NCBI GenBank assembly: GCA_963816185.1 | Contig: CAWFJJ010000028.1 | Coordinates: 480,001 to 544,000 of the forward strand | Origin: Thermoanaerobaculia bacterium | Lineage (GTDB): Bacteria; Acidobacteriota; Thermoanaerobaculia; UBA5066 | DNA: 64,000 nt | Direction: 5' to 3' | Part shown: positions 41,442-51,423 of the stretch, piece after piece | How the letters are laid out: the number at the start of each line of letters is the position of its first letter | Numbering within the stretch: the stretch's first letter is position 1 | The notes under the pieces: model-generated | What the model saw: the letters and a program-made list of their open reading frames with translations, nothing else | What the model was told of the DNA's origin: nothing | The model's database searches: none | Translations under genes and position numbers: made by a program

Positions 41442-42284
41442 TCAGAGCGCAGGGCGGGACAGTGCCGGCGAGCCCCAGAACGCGAGGACGCGTCTGACGT
41501 AATCGCGCGTCTCGCGATAGGGCGGAACGCCCCCGTGCTCCTCGACCGCGTGCTCCCCCGCGTTGTACGCCGCGAGGATCAGGTCTGGGTTCGTCTCGCC
41601 GAATCGCTCGGCCAGCTCGGCAAGGTAGGCGGCGCCCGCCCGGATGTTCTCCCGCGGGTCGAAGGCGCTCTTCACGCCGAGCCGCCGCGCCGTCGCCGGC
41701 ATGAGCTGCATGAGCCCGCGTGCCCCCTTTCGGGACACCGCGCGCGGATACCCGTTCGATTCCGCCCGAATGACGGCGGCGATGAGACCCGGATCGATGC
41801 GGTTCTGTTTGGCCGCTTCGAGGATCTGCGAAGAGAAGGGAGAAGAGATCGTGGAGGAAGAGAAAGAGGCACCTGAAGAGGGGGAAAGACCCGGAGAAGA
41901 AGGGAGATTCTCCGAGAAGGCGCGGACAGAACGAGGAGCGGGTCGGAGGGCATCGCTCGCGAGGCTCGCCGCCGCGCTCTCGGGCACAGGCGCCGGGCGC
42001 TCGTATTCCTCGTCCACGATGCGTTCGACGACGTCGAGCGGAATCGTCATCGAGCCGCCTCCGACGAGACCCACCGTCAGGCGGTCGTCTTCGACGACCT
42101 CGTAGCTCGCGACGCGCAGATGCCGCCCGTCCTCGAAGACGACGAGGGATGCGGCGGCGGAAGGTGCCGAGAGCATCGAGAGCAGGAGGCCACCCGCTGC
42201 CGCAGCCTCACTCACCCTTCTAAGAAAATCTTCTCTTCCCCCGGTCTCCGTCTTAAGCAAAATATTCCTCTTCCGATTCGTCAT
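41442..42284 (-). CDS. Lytic transglycosylase (SLT domain)
   Basis: AVIRAES, AVSRKGARGLMQLMP, LAAYNAG, PPYRET..YV; ATGA overlap with the xerD stop. Confidence 0.9.
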   Translation of the reverse strand: MTNRKRNILLKTETGGREDFLRRVSEAAAAGGLLLSMLSAPSAAASLVVFEDGRHLRVASYEVVEDDRLTVGLVGGGSMTIPLDVVERIVDEEYERPAPVPESAAASLASDALRPAPRSVRAFSENLPSSPGLSPSSGASFSSSTISSPFSSQILEAAKQNRIDPGLIAAVIRAESNGYPRAVSRKGARGLMQLMPATARRLGVKSAFDPRENIRAGAAYLAELAERFGETNPDLILAAYNAGEHAVEEHGGVPPYRETRDYVRRVLAFWGSPALSRPAL

Positions 42285-43207
42285 GCCCGCGGGTGCGTCC
42301 GGTCGTAGACCTTCCGGACGCGGGAGCGGGACACGTGAGTGTAGATCTCGGTCGTCGCGATGTCCGCGTGGCCGAGCATCATCTGCACGGCACGCAGATC
42401 GGCGTCGTTGTCCACGAGGTGCGTCGCGAACGCGTGCCTCAGGACGTGCGGCGACACGGCGGACGCGGGTAGACCTGCCTTCCGCGCGGCGGCCTTCAGC
42501 GCGAGGAAGACCGTCTGCCTCGTGATCGGCCTTCCGCGCGCGCCGGGGAAGACCCATCGTGCCGCGGCGCCGGGCCTTTCGGCCCTGACCGCCTGAAGGT
42601 AGCGCGCGACCCAGCGAGCGGACGAGTCGGCGATCGGAACGACCCTTTCTTTCGCCCCTTTTCCGCGAACGAGGAGAAATCCCTCCGAAAGGCGCAGCGC
42701 CTCCACGGGAAGGGCGGCGAGCTCGGAGACGCGCAGGCCGCACGCGTAGAGCACCTCGAAGAGCGCCCGGTTTCGGAGGCCGCGCGGCGTCGCGACGTCG
42801 GGCGCGTCGAGAAGCCGCGTCACGTCCTCGGGCGAGAGCACTTTCGGAAGCATCGTCCATCGGCGGGCGTTCGTGAGGTCGGCCGTCGGGTCGGTCTCGA
42901 GCACCTTTTCCGCCGAGAGAAAGGCATAGAGGCCGCGCAGCGCCGACGTCACGCGAGCCAGCGTGCGGGGTGACATGCCGTCCGCGCGCCTCGCGCCGAG
43001 AAACGCCACGATGTCCTGGCGGGTGACGCCCGCCGGATCGGTTCGCGAAGAGGCGAGGAATCGGCCGAATCCCTCGAGATCGCGGCGGTAGGCCTCCAGC
43101 GTATTCGCGGCAAGACCCTTCTCGGCCGAGAGGTAGTCCAGGAAGAGCGGGAGGTGCTTCTGGAAGTAGACGCCGGCCGGCGTTTTGGCAGGAGATCCCG
43201 AACTCAC
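42281..43207 (-). CDS. xerD: Tyrosine recombinase XerD
   Basis: EKGLAANTLEAYRRDL, LYACGLRVSEL, GKGAKER, SPHVLRHAFATHL, DLRAVQMMLGHADIATTEIYTH. Confidence 0.93.
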   Translation of the reverse strand: MSSGSPAKTPAGVYFQKHLPLFLDYLSAEKGLAANTLEAYRRDLEGFGRFLASSRTDPAGVTRQDIVAFLGARRADGMSPRTLARVTSALRGLYAFLSAEKVLETDPTADLTNARRWTMLPKVLSPEDVTRLLDAPDVATPRGLRNRALFEVLYACGLRVSELAALPVEALRLSEGFLLVRGKGAKERVVPIADSSARWVARYLQAVRAERPGAAARWVFPGARGRPITRQTVFLALKAAARKAGLPASAVSPHVLRHAFATHLVDNDADLRAVQMMLGHADIATTEIYTHVSRSRVRKVYDRTHPRA

Positions 43208-43245
43208 TCGGCCATTCTACGGAAGCGGAGCCCCTCGCGTCGGAT

Positions 43246-44517
43246 TCAGGAGCTCCGGAAGCGCTCGGCGGCGGGCGCCCCGGCAACCGTCAGGTCCGGC
43301 AGGGCCGAAAGCACGGTCCGGATCTCGGACTCCGAAAGGACATGGTCGGACGCCTTTGCGGCCCGGTAGAGCGCCGCGACCCGCCCGGGCGTCGGGTCGA
43401 TGCCACGCGCCCGCAGCCAGAAGAAAACGTTCGACTCGCCCGACATCGGGCCGACCTCGATGAGCTGGGTGAGACCGACCATGGCCGCCGGAACCCCGGA
43501 GTAGATCCTGTCCGCGAGCCAGTCATGGCCCTTCGCGCGAGCCTTGACGATCGCGGCGGCATGGACTCCCGTTCCGGTTCGGAAGGCGTCGCGTCCGACC
43601 ACCGGGTACCCGTCGGGGATCGGCACCTTCAGACAGGCGGACACCTTCCTGACGTATGTCGCCAACGCCGACAGATCGCGGTCGATCCAGCCGAGGAGCT
43701 GGAGGTTCACGAGGAGCTGGTCGAGCGGCGCATTTCCCACGCGCTCCCCCACCCCCAGCCCGCAGCCGTGGACCCGCTGCGCCCCGGCGCGGAGCGCGGC
43801 GAGCGAATTCGCGACCGAGAGCCCGCGATCCTCGTGGCCGTGCCAGTCGATGCGCACGGCCGGGTTCTCCCGCGCGACGAACTCCGCGAGGAAGCCCACG
43901 AGCGCCGCGGCCCCTTCGGGGGTCGCGTGGCCCACCGTGTCGCAGACGCAGATTCGGCTGGCGCCCGCGGCGATGGCCGTCCCATAGAGAGAGACGAGGT
44001 CCTCGGGGCGCGCCCGCGTCGTGTCCTCGGTGACGAACGTGACGTGAAGGGAGTTACGAACGCCGAGCGAGACGGCATCGCGCGTGAGCTTCATCATGCG
44101 CGAGAGGTCCCAGTCCTCGACGTACTGCCGGATCGGCGACGATCCGATGAACGTCGTCATCTCCAGCGCCCGACCCACCTGCTGGGAGATCTCGATGATC
44201 GGCTCGATATCGGACGCGAGCGTGCGCGCCGCGCAACAGGGCTGGAGCGACAGCTTCGCCTCCGTCATGCGCCGTACGAGCCATTCCAGGTCCTCGACGG
44301 GGGTGCCGGCGGCGGGAATGCCAATGACGGCCGTGTCGATCCCGAGCCGCTCCATGAGCACGAGAAGCTCGAATCTCTCGTCGAGCGTCGGCACGACGGC
44401 CGAGGGAGACTGGAGCCCGTCGCGAAGAGTCTCGTCGACGAGCTCGACGGGAACGTGCCGGGGACGGCCTTCTCCCGCGGCCCGGTTCCAGTCGTACACG
44501 AGGTGCTGTGGATCCAT
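43246..44517 (-). CDS. LeuA/homocitrate-synthase-like (DRE-TIM) protein lacking the regulatory domain
   Basis: DETLRDGLQ, EDTTRA, CDTVG, HGHEDRG, GERVGNA; ATG 44517. Confidence 0.88.
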   Translation of the reverse strand: MDPQHLVYDWNRAAGEGRPRHVPVELVDETLRDGLQSPSAVVPTLDERFELLVLMERLGIDTAVIGIPAAGTPVEDLEWLVRRMTEAKLSLQPCCAARTLASDIEPIIEISQQVGRALEMTTFIGSSPIRQYVEDWDLSRMMKLTRDAVSLGVRNSLHVTFVTEDTTRARPEDLVSLYGTAIAAGASRICVCDTVGHATPEGAAALVGFLAEFVARENPAVRIDWHGHEDRGLSVANSLAALRAGAQRVHGCGLGVGERVGNAPLDQLLVNLQLLGWIDRDLSALATYVRKVSACLKVPIPDGYPVVGRDAFRTGTGVHAAAIVKARAKGHDWLADRIYSGVPAAMVGLTQLIEVGPMSGESNVFFWLRARGIDPTPGRVAALYRAAKASDHVLSESEIRTVLSALPDLTVAGAPAAERFRSS

Positions 44518-44577
44518 CGCGCTCTCCTCGCCGGGCACGCCTTCCCGCCCGGCCGCTCCCCGGACTAAGATCGCATT

Positions 44578-45738
44578 ATGGTCGATTCGCTCGGAATCGT
44601 GGGCTACGACTCCTTCCATTTCGTCGTGGCCGATCTCGAACGGAGCCGCCGGTTTTACGCGGGGCTCGGCTTCTCCGAGGTCGCGCGGGCCTCCGCCTCG
44701 AAGATCGAAAAGGGCGGCGAGGTCGCCTCCGTCTTCGGAGCCGGGCAGATCCGCGTCCTCGTCTCCAGCCCGAAGCGGAAAGACTCGCGCGCCGCCCGTT
44801 TCCTGAGGATCCATCCCGACGGCATCTCCTCGCTCGCTCTTCGCGTGCGCGACATCCAGGCGAGCTGGGACTTTCTGGCGGCGCGCAACGCGACGTTCCT
44901 GTCCGACATCGCGGTCGACGAGGCTCCGGGCGGCACCTTCAAGACCTTCAACATCGCGACGCCGCTCGACGACGTGACGTTTCGCTTCATCGAGCGCAAG
45001 GGGCGATACCCTCTCTTCGCGCCGGATTTCGAGGACGTCGGCGACGGCAAGCCGCGCGAGAACCCGCACGGCTTCGCGACGATCGACCACGTGACGTCGA
45101 ACGCCTACACGATGCTGCCCGTCGTGAACTGGTACCGCGACGTCCTCGGGTTTACGCACTACTGGGACGTCGAATTCCACACCGCCGAGATGGCGAGCGG
45201 CCGCCGCCTGGCCGGCTCCGGCCTGCGGTCGATCGTCATGGCCGATCCCGAAAGCGGCGTGAAGCTCGCCACGAACGAACCCATGCGACCTTTCTTCCGC
45301 GAGAGCCAGATCAACCGGTTCTGCGAGGAGCACCACGGCGCGGGGGTTCAGCACATCGCGTTCCTCGTGAAGGAGATCATTCCCGCGGTCGAAGCTCTTC
45401 GCGCCGAGGGCATTCAGTTCCTGAAGGCACCCGGGGCCTATTACGACCGGCTGCCGAAGCGCCTCGAGGACGTGAAGATCACGAACGTCAAGGAGCCGAT
45501 GGAGGCCCTGCGACGCAACCACATCCTCCTGGACGGAGCCGACGACAAATACATGCTGCAGATCTTCATGCTCGACGCCACGGCGATGTACGGCGACGAG
45601 AAGGCCGGCCCCTTCTTCTACGAGATCATCCAGCGCGAGGGCGACCGCGGATTCGGCTACGGGAACTTCCGCGCGCTTTTCGAGTCGATCGAGGCGTCGC
45701 AGCGCGAGGCCTCTCCCGCTTTAGAGGTCGTCGGATGA
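44578..45738 (+). CDS. hppD: 4-hydroxyphenylpyruvate dioxygenase
   Basis: IDHVTSN, SQINRF, GAGVQHIA, LQIF, FYEIIQREGDRGFGYGNFRALFESIE; next to hmgA. Confidence 0.95.
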   Translation: MVDSLGIVGYDSFHFVVADLERSRRFYAGLGFSEVARASASKIEKGGEVASVFGAGQIRVLVSSPKRKDSRAARFLRIHPDGISSLALRVRDIQASWDFLAARNATFLSDIAVDEAPGGTFKTFNIATPLDDVTFRFIERKGRYPLFAPDFEDVGDGKPRENPHGFATIDHVTSNAYTMLPVVNWYRDVLGFTHYWDVEFHTAEMASGRRLAGSGLRSIVMADPESGVKLATNEPMRPFFRESQINRFCEEHHGAGVQHIAFLVKEIIPAVEALRAEGIQFLKAPGAYYDRLPKRLEDVKITNVKEPMEALRRNHILLDGADDKYMLQIFMLDATAMYGDEKAGPFFYEIIQREGDRGFGYGNFRALFESIEASQREASPALEVVG

Positions 45739-45747
45739 CAAGGAAGG

Positions 45748-45835
45748 GAAGAGAAAGAGATTTCTTAGAATGAATAAGACGGACCAGCGGCACTGGCTCT
45801 CTTCTTTTCTAAGCAAATCTCTCTTCTTTCTCTTC
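45748..45835. repeat. Inverted pair of the AT-rich TTCTWAGAA-family motif (intergenic)
   Basis: GAAGAGAAAGAGATTTCTTAGAA (45748-45770) ... TTCTAAGCAAATCTCTCTTCTTTCTCTTC (45807-45835). Confidence 0.75.
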
Positions 45836-45845
45836 GGACATTCAC

Positions 45846-46997
45846 ATGATTGACCGGATGCAGCTCGGCGAGGTGCCTCCGAAGCCGCACACCGCGTTTC
45901 GGTCTTCCTCCGGCGTGCTGCGGTACGAGGAGTGCCTGACGCGCCGCGGCTTCGACGGCGAGTTCTCGATCCTCTACCACGAGGGGCCGCCGATGACGGA
46001 CACGCTCATCGGTCCGGCGACGCCCGGCCGGTTCGACGTCAAGGTGCCCATCCCGGCGGAGCACCAACCGCTCCGGCGCCGCCTCCTCCTCGGGGAGAAG
46101 GCTCCCGAAGGGTTCACACCCGTCCTCTTCAACGAGGACGTGACGGTCTCTCTGTTCAGAATCCCTCGGGAAGCGGAATCGGCTGACGGGTTTTCGAACG
46201 GCGACGGGGACGACCTGTATTTCTTCTATGAAGGTGAGGGAAAGGTCGAGACTCCGTTTGGCGACGTCGCCTTTGGCGGGAACGACTACCTGCTCATTCC
46301 GCGGGGCGTGGTCGCGCGCTTTCGCATCTCCTCCCCTTTCGAGGGAATTCTCCTCGAGCTCCGCGGCGGGCTGCACATCCCCCGCGAGTTCCGGAATCCC
46401 GTCGGCCAGCTCCGGATGGACGCGCCGTACACGCACCGCGACTTCGTCCGGCCCGTCTTCCAGGGTCCACGCCCGGGGCCGAAGCGCATCCTGGTCAAGA
46501 AGGACGACGCGTTCGTCGAACGCGTGCCCCTCGTCTCGCCCTTCGACGTCGTCGGCTGGGACGGCACGGTCTGGCCGTTCGCGTTCAACATCCTCAAGTA
46601 CCAGCCGAAGACCGGCCTCGTGCACCTTCCGCCCACCATCCACTCCACGTTCGGCGCGCGCAACGCGCTCATCTGCTCGTTCGTCCCGCGCATGACGGAC
46701 ACCCACCCCGACGCGATCCCCTGCCCGTACCCGCACGCGTCGGTCGACTGCGACGAGATCATCTATTACGTCCGCGGCAGCTTCACGAGCCGCAAGGGCG
46801 TGGGGCCGAAGGCCGTCTCGCTCCATCCCGCCGGCGTGCCGCACGGCCCGCACCCCGGCGCCTACGAGGGCTCGATCGGCACGCGGTCGACGGACGAGCT
46901 CGCCGTCATGATGGACACCTTCGCCCCGCTCCGCCTCACGGAGCAGGCCCTCGCGCTCGAGTCTTCCGGCTACCACGACAGCTGGATCCCGGGCTGA
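45846..46997 (+). CDS. hmgA: Homogentisate 1,2-dioxygenase
   Basis: FSNGDGD, PFDVVGWDG, HLPPTIH, SLHPAGVPHGPHPG, ELAVMMDTF. Confidence 0.95.
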   Translation: MIDRMQLGEVPPKPHTAFRSSSGVLRYEECLTRRGFDGEFSILYHEGPPMTDTLIGPATPGRFDVKVPIPAEHQPLRRRLLLGEKAPEGFTPVLFNEDVTVSLFRIPREAESADGFSNGDGDDLYFFYEGEGKVETPFGDVAFGGNDYLLIPRGVVARFRISSPFEGILLELRGGLHIPREFRNPVGQLRMDAPYTHRDFVRPVFQGPRPGPKRILVKKDDAFVERVPLVSPFDVVGWDGTVWPFAFNILKYQPKTGLVHLPPTIHSTFGARNALICSFVPRMTDTHPDAIPCPYPHASVDCDEIIYYVRGSFTSRKGVGPKAVSLHPAGVPHGPHPGAYEGSIGTRSTDELAVMMDTFAPLRLTEQALALESSGYHDSWIPG

Positions 46998-47004
46998 GAA
47001 GTCC

Positions 47005-47736
47005 TTGAACGACATCTTTCGGTGGCTCAGGCAAAATATCGAGGCACGGCTTCCTGCCGAGGGGCAGCCGTCTCCCGCCCTCGATCTGGCGCCACCGGAT
47101 CCGGCTGCCCCGCCTTCCCCGCCGAAGCCCCGGTTCTTCGGACCGCATTTCTGGACCGGTTTCGGATTTGGAATCCTCGCGTGTTTCGTCCTCCTCGTCG
47201 GAGGCTCGATGCTCCTCGGCCTCTGGATGATGAAGGCGATGGAGACCTCGGTGTCCGGTTCGAAGGCTGGCGGGTTCCTGCCGGCGCCACCGTTCCCGGT
47301 CGCGGAAACCGTCTCTGACTTCACGCTCGGGCTCGAAAAGTCGGACGGAACGCCGTTCGACACAGCCTCTGTTCGCGGGAAGCCGGTTTTTCTCAACTAC
47401 TGGGCGACCTGGTGCGGGCCCTGCCGTGAAGAGATGCCGGCGATCCAGCGCCTTTACGACAAGACGCGGGACCTTGGAATCGTCTTCCTGCTCGTGTCCG
47501 ACGAGAAGCCCGAAAAAATAACCGAATACTGGAAGAAGAACGGTTTCACGATGCCAATCTACCGTTCCACGAAGAGCCGGCCTGCGGCCTACCAGACCCA
47601 GGGCATCCCAGCGACGTTCATCCTCGCGCCCGACGGCCGGATTGCCTTCAGCCACACCGGTGCCGCCCGCTGGGACGACGATTCGACGCTCGCGTTCCTC
47701 CGAAGCCTCCCGGCAGCCCGAACGGCCGACCCCTGA
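47005..47736 (+). CDS. Membrane-anchored TlpA/ResA-like thiol-disulfide oxidoreductase
   Basis: TM helix; LNYWATWCGPCREEMP, GIPATFI. Confidence 0.9.
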   Translation: MNDIFRWLRQNIEARLPAEGQPSPALDLAPPDPAAPPSPPKPRFFGPHFWTGFGFGILACFVLLVGGSMLLGLWMMKAMETSVSGSKAGGFLPAPPFPVAETVSDFTLGLEKSDGTPFDTASVRGKPVFLNYWATWCGPCREEMPAIQRLYDKTRDLGIVFLLVSDEKPEKITEYWKKNGFTMPIYRSTKSRPAAYQTQGIPATFILAPDGRIAFSHTGAARWDDDSTLAFLRSLPAARTADP

Positions 47737-47803
47737 TCTTCGGCGGCCGAAACCTTCGCGTCGCCGTCGCGTAACTCCTCCGATGCACCCATCCGGAGGA
47801 CCG

Positions 47804-49201
47804 ATGAAGCCACGTCTCGCCATCGCCGTGCTCGCCCTCGCGGCGGCCTCGGGGCCCTTCGCCCCGGCCGCAGAGCCGTCCGCCCCCCCGCGCGCGCCGA
47901 TCCCCGTCGACTACCGGAAGCTCCCGAACGGGCTGAAGGTGGTCCTCTCGCCCGACCACACGTCGCCCACCGCGGTCGTGGCCGTCTACTACAACATCGG
48001 GTTCCGGATCGAGCCGCGGAACCGGACCGGCTTCGCCCACCTCTTCGAGCACCTCATGTTCCAGGGCTCGAAGAACCTCGGGAAGATGGAGTTCATCAAG
48101 CTCGTCCAATCGAACGGCGGCATTTTGAACGGCTCGACGCGCTTCGACTTCACGAACTACTTCGAGGTCGTGCCCGCGAACGTGCTCAGAACGGCCCTCT
48201 GGGCGGAGGCCGACCGCATGCGCGGCCTCGCGATCACGCAGGACAACCTCACGAACCAGCAGGGCGTCGTGAAGAACGAGGTCAAGGTCAACGTCCTGAA
48301 CCGCCCGTACGGCGGGTTCCCGTGGCTCGACATGCCGCAGGTCGCGAACGAGAACTGGTTCAACGCGCACAATTTCTACGGCGACCTCAAGGACATCGAC
48401 GCCGCGACCCTCGTGGATGCCCAGGCCTTCTTCCGATCGTTCTACTCGCCGGGCAACGCCGCACTCGTCGTGACCGGCGACTTCGAGCCCGCGACGGCGT
48501 TCAAGTGGATCCAGGACTATTTCGGGTCCATCCCGTCGGCGCCGCACCAGGGGCTCCCCGACATCTCCGAGCCGCGCCAGGAGAAGGAGAAGCGCTCCGT
48601 CAAGCAGGACCCGCAGGCCCCGCGTCCCGCCCTCGCCGTCGCGTACCATGCGCCGAAGCGCAACACGCCCGAGTACTACGCGCTCGGCCTCATCGATCAG
48701 ATCCTCGCGGGAGGCAACGACAGCCGGCTCCACGAGGCGCTCGTTCGCAAGAGCGGCCTCACCGGCGAGGTCGAGTCCTCGATCAACGGCCTCGGGAACA
48801 TGTTCAACATCGCAGGCCCGACGCTCTATACGATTTCGCTCTTCCACGACCGCGACAAGACCCCGGACGCCATCCTCAAGGTACTCGACGCGGAGGTCGA
48901 GAACCTGCGCACCGTGCCCGTCGACCAGGCGACGCTCCACCGCGCGATGGTCAAGATGCGATCCGACCTCTACGCGATGCAGGAGAGCATCTTCGGGTTC
49001 GGGCGCGCGGATCTCCTTGCCTCGTTCGCGCTCTTCGACGACGACCCGGGCCGGATCAACCACCTCGAGGAGCAGTTCGCGAAGGTCACGCCTGAGCTGA
49101 TCCGGAAGACCGCGGAGGAATACCTCCGTCCCACGAACCGCACGATCCTCGTGATCGAGCCGAAGCCGGAAGCCCCGAAGCTCCCAGGCCCGAAGGTCTG
49201 A
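47804..49201 (+). CDS. M16 zinc peptidase, catalytic subunit
   Basis: Signal peptide; GFAHLFEHLMF (HXXEH); GGAGG RBS. Confidence 0.93.
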   Translation: MKPRLAIAVLALAAASGPFAPAAEPSAPPRAPIPVDYRKLPNGLKVVLSPDHTSPTAVVAVYYNIGFRIEPRNRTGFAHLFEHLMFQGSKNLGKMEFIKLVQSNGGILNGSTRFDFTNYFEVVPANVLRTALWAEADRMRGLAITQDNLTNQQGVVKNEVKVNVLNRPYGGFPWLDMPQVANENWFNAHNFYGDLKDIDAATLVDAQAFFRSFYSPGNAALVVTGDFEPATAFKWIQDYFGSIPSAPHQGLPDISEPRQEKEKRSVKQDPQAPRPALAVAYHAPKRNTPEYYALGLIDQILAGGNDSRLHEALVRKSGLTGEVESSINGLGNMFNIAGPTLYTISLFHDRDKTPDAILKVLDAEVENLRTVPVDQATLHRAMVKMRSDLYAMQESIFGFGRADLLASFALFDDDPGRINHLEEQFAKVTPELIRKTAEEYLRPTNRTILVIEPKPEAPKLPGPKV

Positions 49202-49212
49202 GGAAGGACGCC

Positions 49213-50616
49213 ATGACGACCCGACGCACACTCTCGCTTCTCGCCGCTTCTGCCCTGGTCGCGCTTCTCCCGGGGGCCGCGCGCTCTCAGGAGCGCGAAA
49301 AGCCCCCCGAGCCCGACGCGCCGCGCCCGTTCAAGCTCCCGACGCCCACGCGCTTCACGCTTCCGAACGGCCTCAAGGTCTCGCTCGTTCCCTACGGGAC
49401 GATCCCAAAGGCCCTCGTGAGGCTCACGATCCAGGCCGGAAACGCGGACGAGGCCGCGGGCCAGGTCTGGATGGCCGACCTCACGGGCGACCTCCTCCTC
49501 GAGGGCACGAAGACGCGCAGCGCGAGCCGCATCGCCGAGGACGCCGCCTCGATGGGCGGCGAGGTGGCCGTGCAGCCCGGAGAGAACCTGACGACGGTCG
49601 GCGGCGAGGTTCTGTCCGAGTTCGCGCCGGCGATGGTCGACTTGGTCGCGGACGTGGCCCGAAACCCGGCGTTCCCCGAGTCCGAGCTCGCGCGGCTCAA
49701 GGCGAACCTCGGGAGGCGCCTCTCGATCGCGAAGAGCCAGTCCGGGCAGCTCGCCGCCGGGGCGTTCCGGGCCGCGATGTACCCGGGCCAGTCCTGCGGC
49801 CGCCTCTTTCCCGCCGCCGACGCCCTGCAGGGCTACACGCTCGCGAACGCGAAGGCGTTCTGGTCGGGCCACTACGGAGCGGATCGCGCCGCCCTCTACG
49901 TCGTCGGCGTCTTCGACGCCAAGGCGACCGAAGCGGCAATCCGCCGCGCCTTCGCGGGATGGGGCAAGGCATCCGCTCCGCCCGCGGCGCCGCCGAAGCC
50001 GTCCACGAAGCGCACGCTGACCGTCCTCGACCGGCCCGGGGCCTCGCAATCCACGGTGTGGCTCGGGATGCCCGTCGTCGATCCCTCGCATCCCGACTAT
50101 GTCCCTCTCGCCGTCACGAACGCGCTCCTGGGCGGCTCCTTCGGCTCGCGCATCACGAGCAACATCCGCGAGCAGAAAGGGTACACGTATTCGCCCTTCA
50201 GCCAGATCTCGGTCCGCCGGCAGGGCGCCTTCTGGGCGGAGGTTGCGGACGTCACGACGAACGTCACGGGGGCTTCGATCAAGGAGATCCTCGGCGAGAT
50301 CGACCGCCTGCGCACGGAGCCGCCTTCTCAGGCCGAGCTCAAGGGCATCCAGAACTACCTCGCGGGGACGTTCGTGCTCCAGAACTCCTCGCGCGCGGGC
50401 ATCGCGAACCAGCTCCAGTTTCTCGCCGTCCACGGGCTACCGGATTCGTACCTTTCGGGCTTCGTCGCGCGCGTGCACGCCGTCACACCGGAGGAGGTCA
50501 TGCGCCTCGCGAAGGCCTACATCAGGCCGGACGAGGCGACCCTCGTCGTCGTCGGCGACCGCAAGGTCATCGACGAGCAGCTCAAGCCCTATCAGCCGCC
50601 CGCCGGCCAGCCGTAG
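49213..50616 (+). CDS. M16 peptidase partner subunit (no HXXEH)
   Basis: Signal peptide; TLPNGL, LGGSFGSRITSNIREQKGYTY. Confidence 0.9.
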   Translation: MTTRRTLSLLAASALVALLPGAARSQEREKPPEPDAPRPFKLPTPTRFTLPNGLKVSLVPYGTIPKALVRLTIQAGNADEAAGQVWMADLTGDLLLEGTKTRSASRIAEDAASMGGEVAVQPGENLTTVGGEVLSEFAPAMVDLVADVARNPAFPESELARLKANLGRRLSIAKSQSGQLAAGAFRAAMYPGQSCGRLFPAADALQGYTLANAKAFWSGHYGADRAALYVVGVFDAKATEAAIRRAFAGWGKASAPPAAPPKPSTKRTLTVLDRPGASQSTVWLGMPVVDPSHPDYVPLAVTNALLGGSFGSRITSNIREQKGYTYSPFSQISVRRQGAFWAEVADVTTNVTGASIKEILGEIDRLRTEPPSQAELKGIQNYLAGTFVLQNSSRAGIANQLQFLAVHGLPDSYLSGFVARVHAVTPEEVMRLAKAYIRPDEATLVVVGDRKVIDEQLKPYQPPAGQP

Positions 50617-50632
50617 GCGCGGCCGGAGCTCT

Positions 50633-51409
50633 TCAGCGGCCCGTGAACTTCGCGGGCCGCTTCTCGAGGAAGGCCGACACGCCCTCTTTCATGTCACCCG
50701 TCGCGACGCAGAGCCCGAAGAGCGCCGCCTCGTGGTCCTCGGCGGCCGCGAACGGCATCTCGAGGCCCGCATTCACGGAGTCGAGGACGCAGCGGATCGC
50801 GACAGGCGCCTTCGAGAGAATCTTCTTCAGGATCTCCCGGCTCGCCGGCAGCAGCTCGGCCGGCTCGACGACGCGGTTCACGAGGCCGATGCGCCAGGCT
50901 TCGTCTGCCGAGACCATGTCGCCCGTCAGAAGCATTTCGAGGGCCCGGCCCTTCCCCACGAGACGCGGCAGCCTCTGGCTGCCGCCGTAACCCGGAATGA
51001 GCCCGAGGTTCACCTCCGGCTGTCCCAGCCGGGCGGTTTTCGACGCGACGCGCAGCGTGCAGGCGAGCGCCACCTCGCAGCCGCCGCCGAGCGCGAAGCC
51101 GTTCACGGCCGCGATCACGGGCTTGCCGAGGTTCTCGATCGCGCCGAGCACCGCCTGCCCCTTTCGCGCGAAAGCGCGGGCCGAGACGGGCGTGAACGCG
51201 CGGAATGTCGTGATGTCGGCTCCCGCGATGAACGCCTTTTCGCCCGCGCCGGTCAGGATCACGCCGCCGACGGAATCGTCGGCCCGCGCGGCCTCGAACG
51301 CGGCGGCGAGCCCGTTCATCACGTCCGGGTTGAGCGCGTTGAGCTTGTCGGGGCGGTTGATCGTGACCGTGAGGATGCGATCCGAGACCTCGCTGAGAAC
51401 GACGGACAT
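50633..51409 (-). CDS. Enoyl-CoA hydratase (crotonase)
   Basis: INRPDKLNAL, AFIAGADI, NGFALGGGCE, GQPEVNLG; ATG 51409. Confidence 0.95.
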   Translation of the reverse strand: MSVVLSEVSDRILTVTINRPDKLNALNPDVMNGLAAAFEAARADDSVGGVILTGAGEKAFIAGADITTFRAFTPVSARAFARKGQAVLGAIENLGKPVIAAVNGFALGGGCEVALACTLRVASKTARLGQPEVNLGLIPGYGGSQRLPRLVGKGRALEMLLTGDMVSADEAWRIGLVNRVVEPAELLPASREILKKILSKAPVAIRCVLDSVNAGLEMPFAAAEDHEAALFGLCVATGDMKEGVSAFLEKRPAKFTGR

Positions 51410-51423
51410 CGTGGATACCTCTT

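Noticed and set aside
42281-43207. Prophage or island integrase
   Set aside because: Sequence and size match housekeeping XerD in a core operon; no phage genes or att sites seen.
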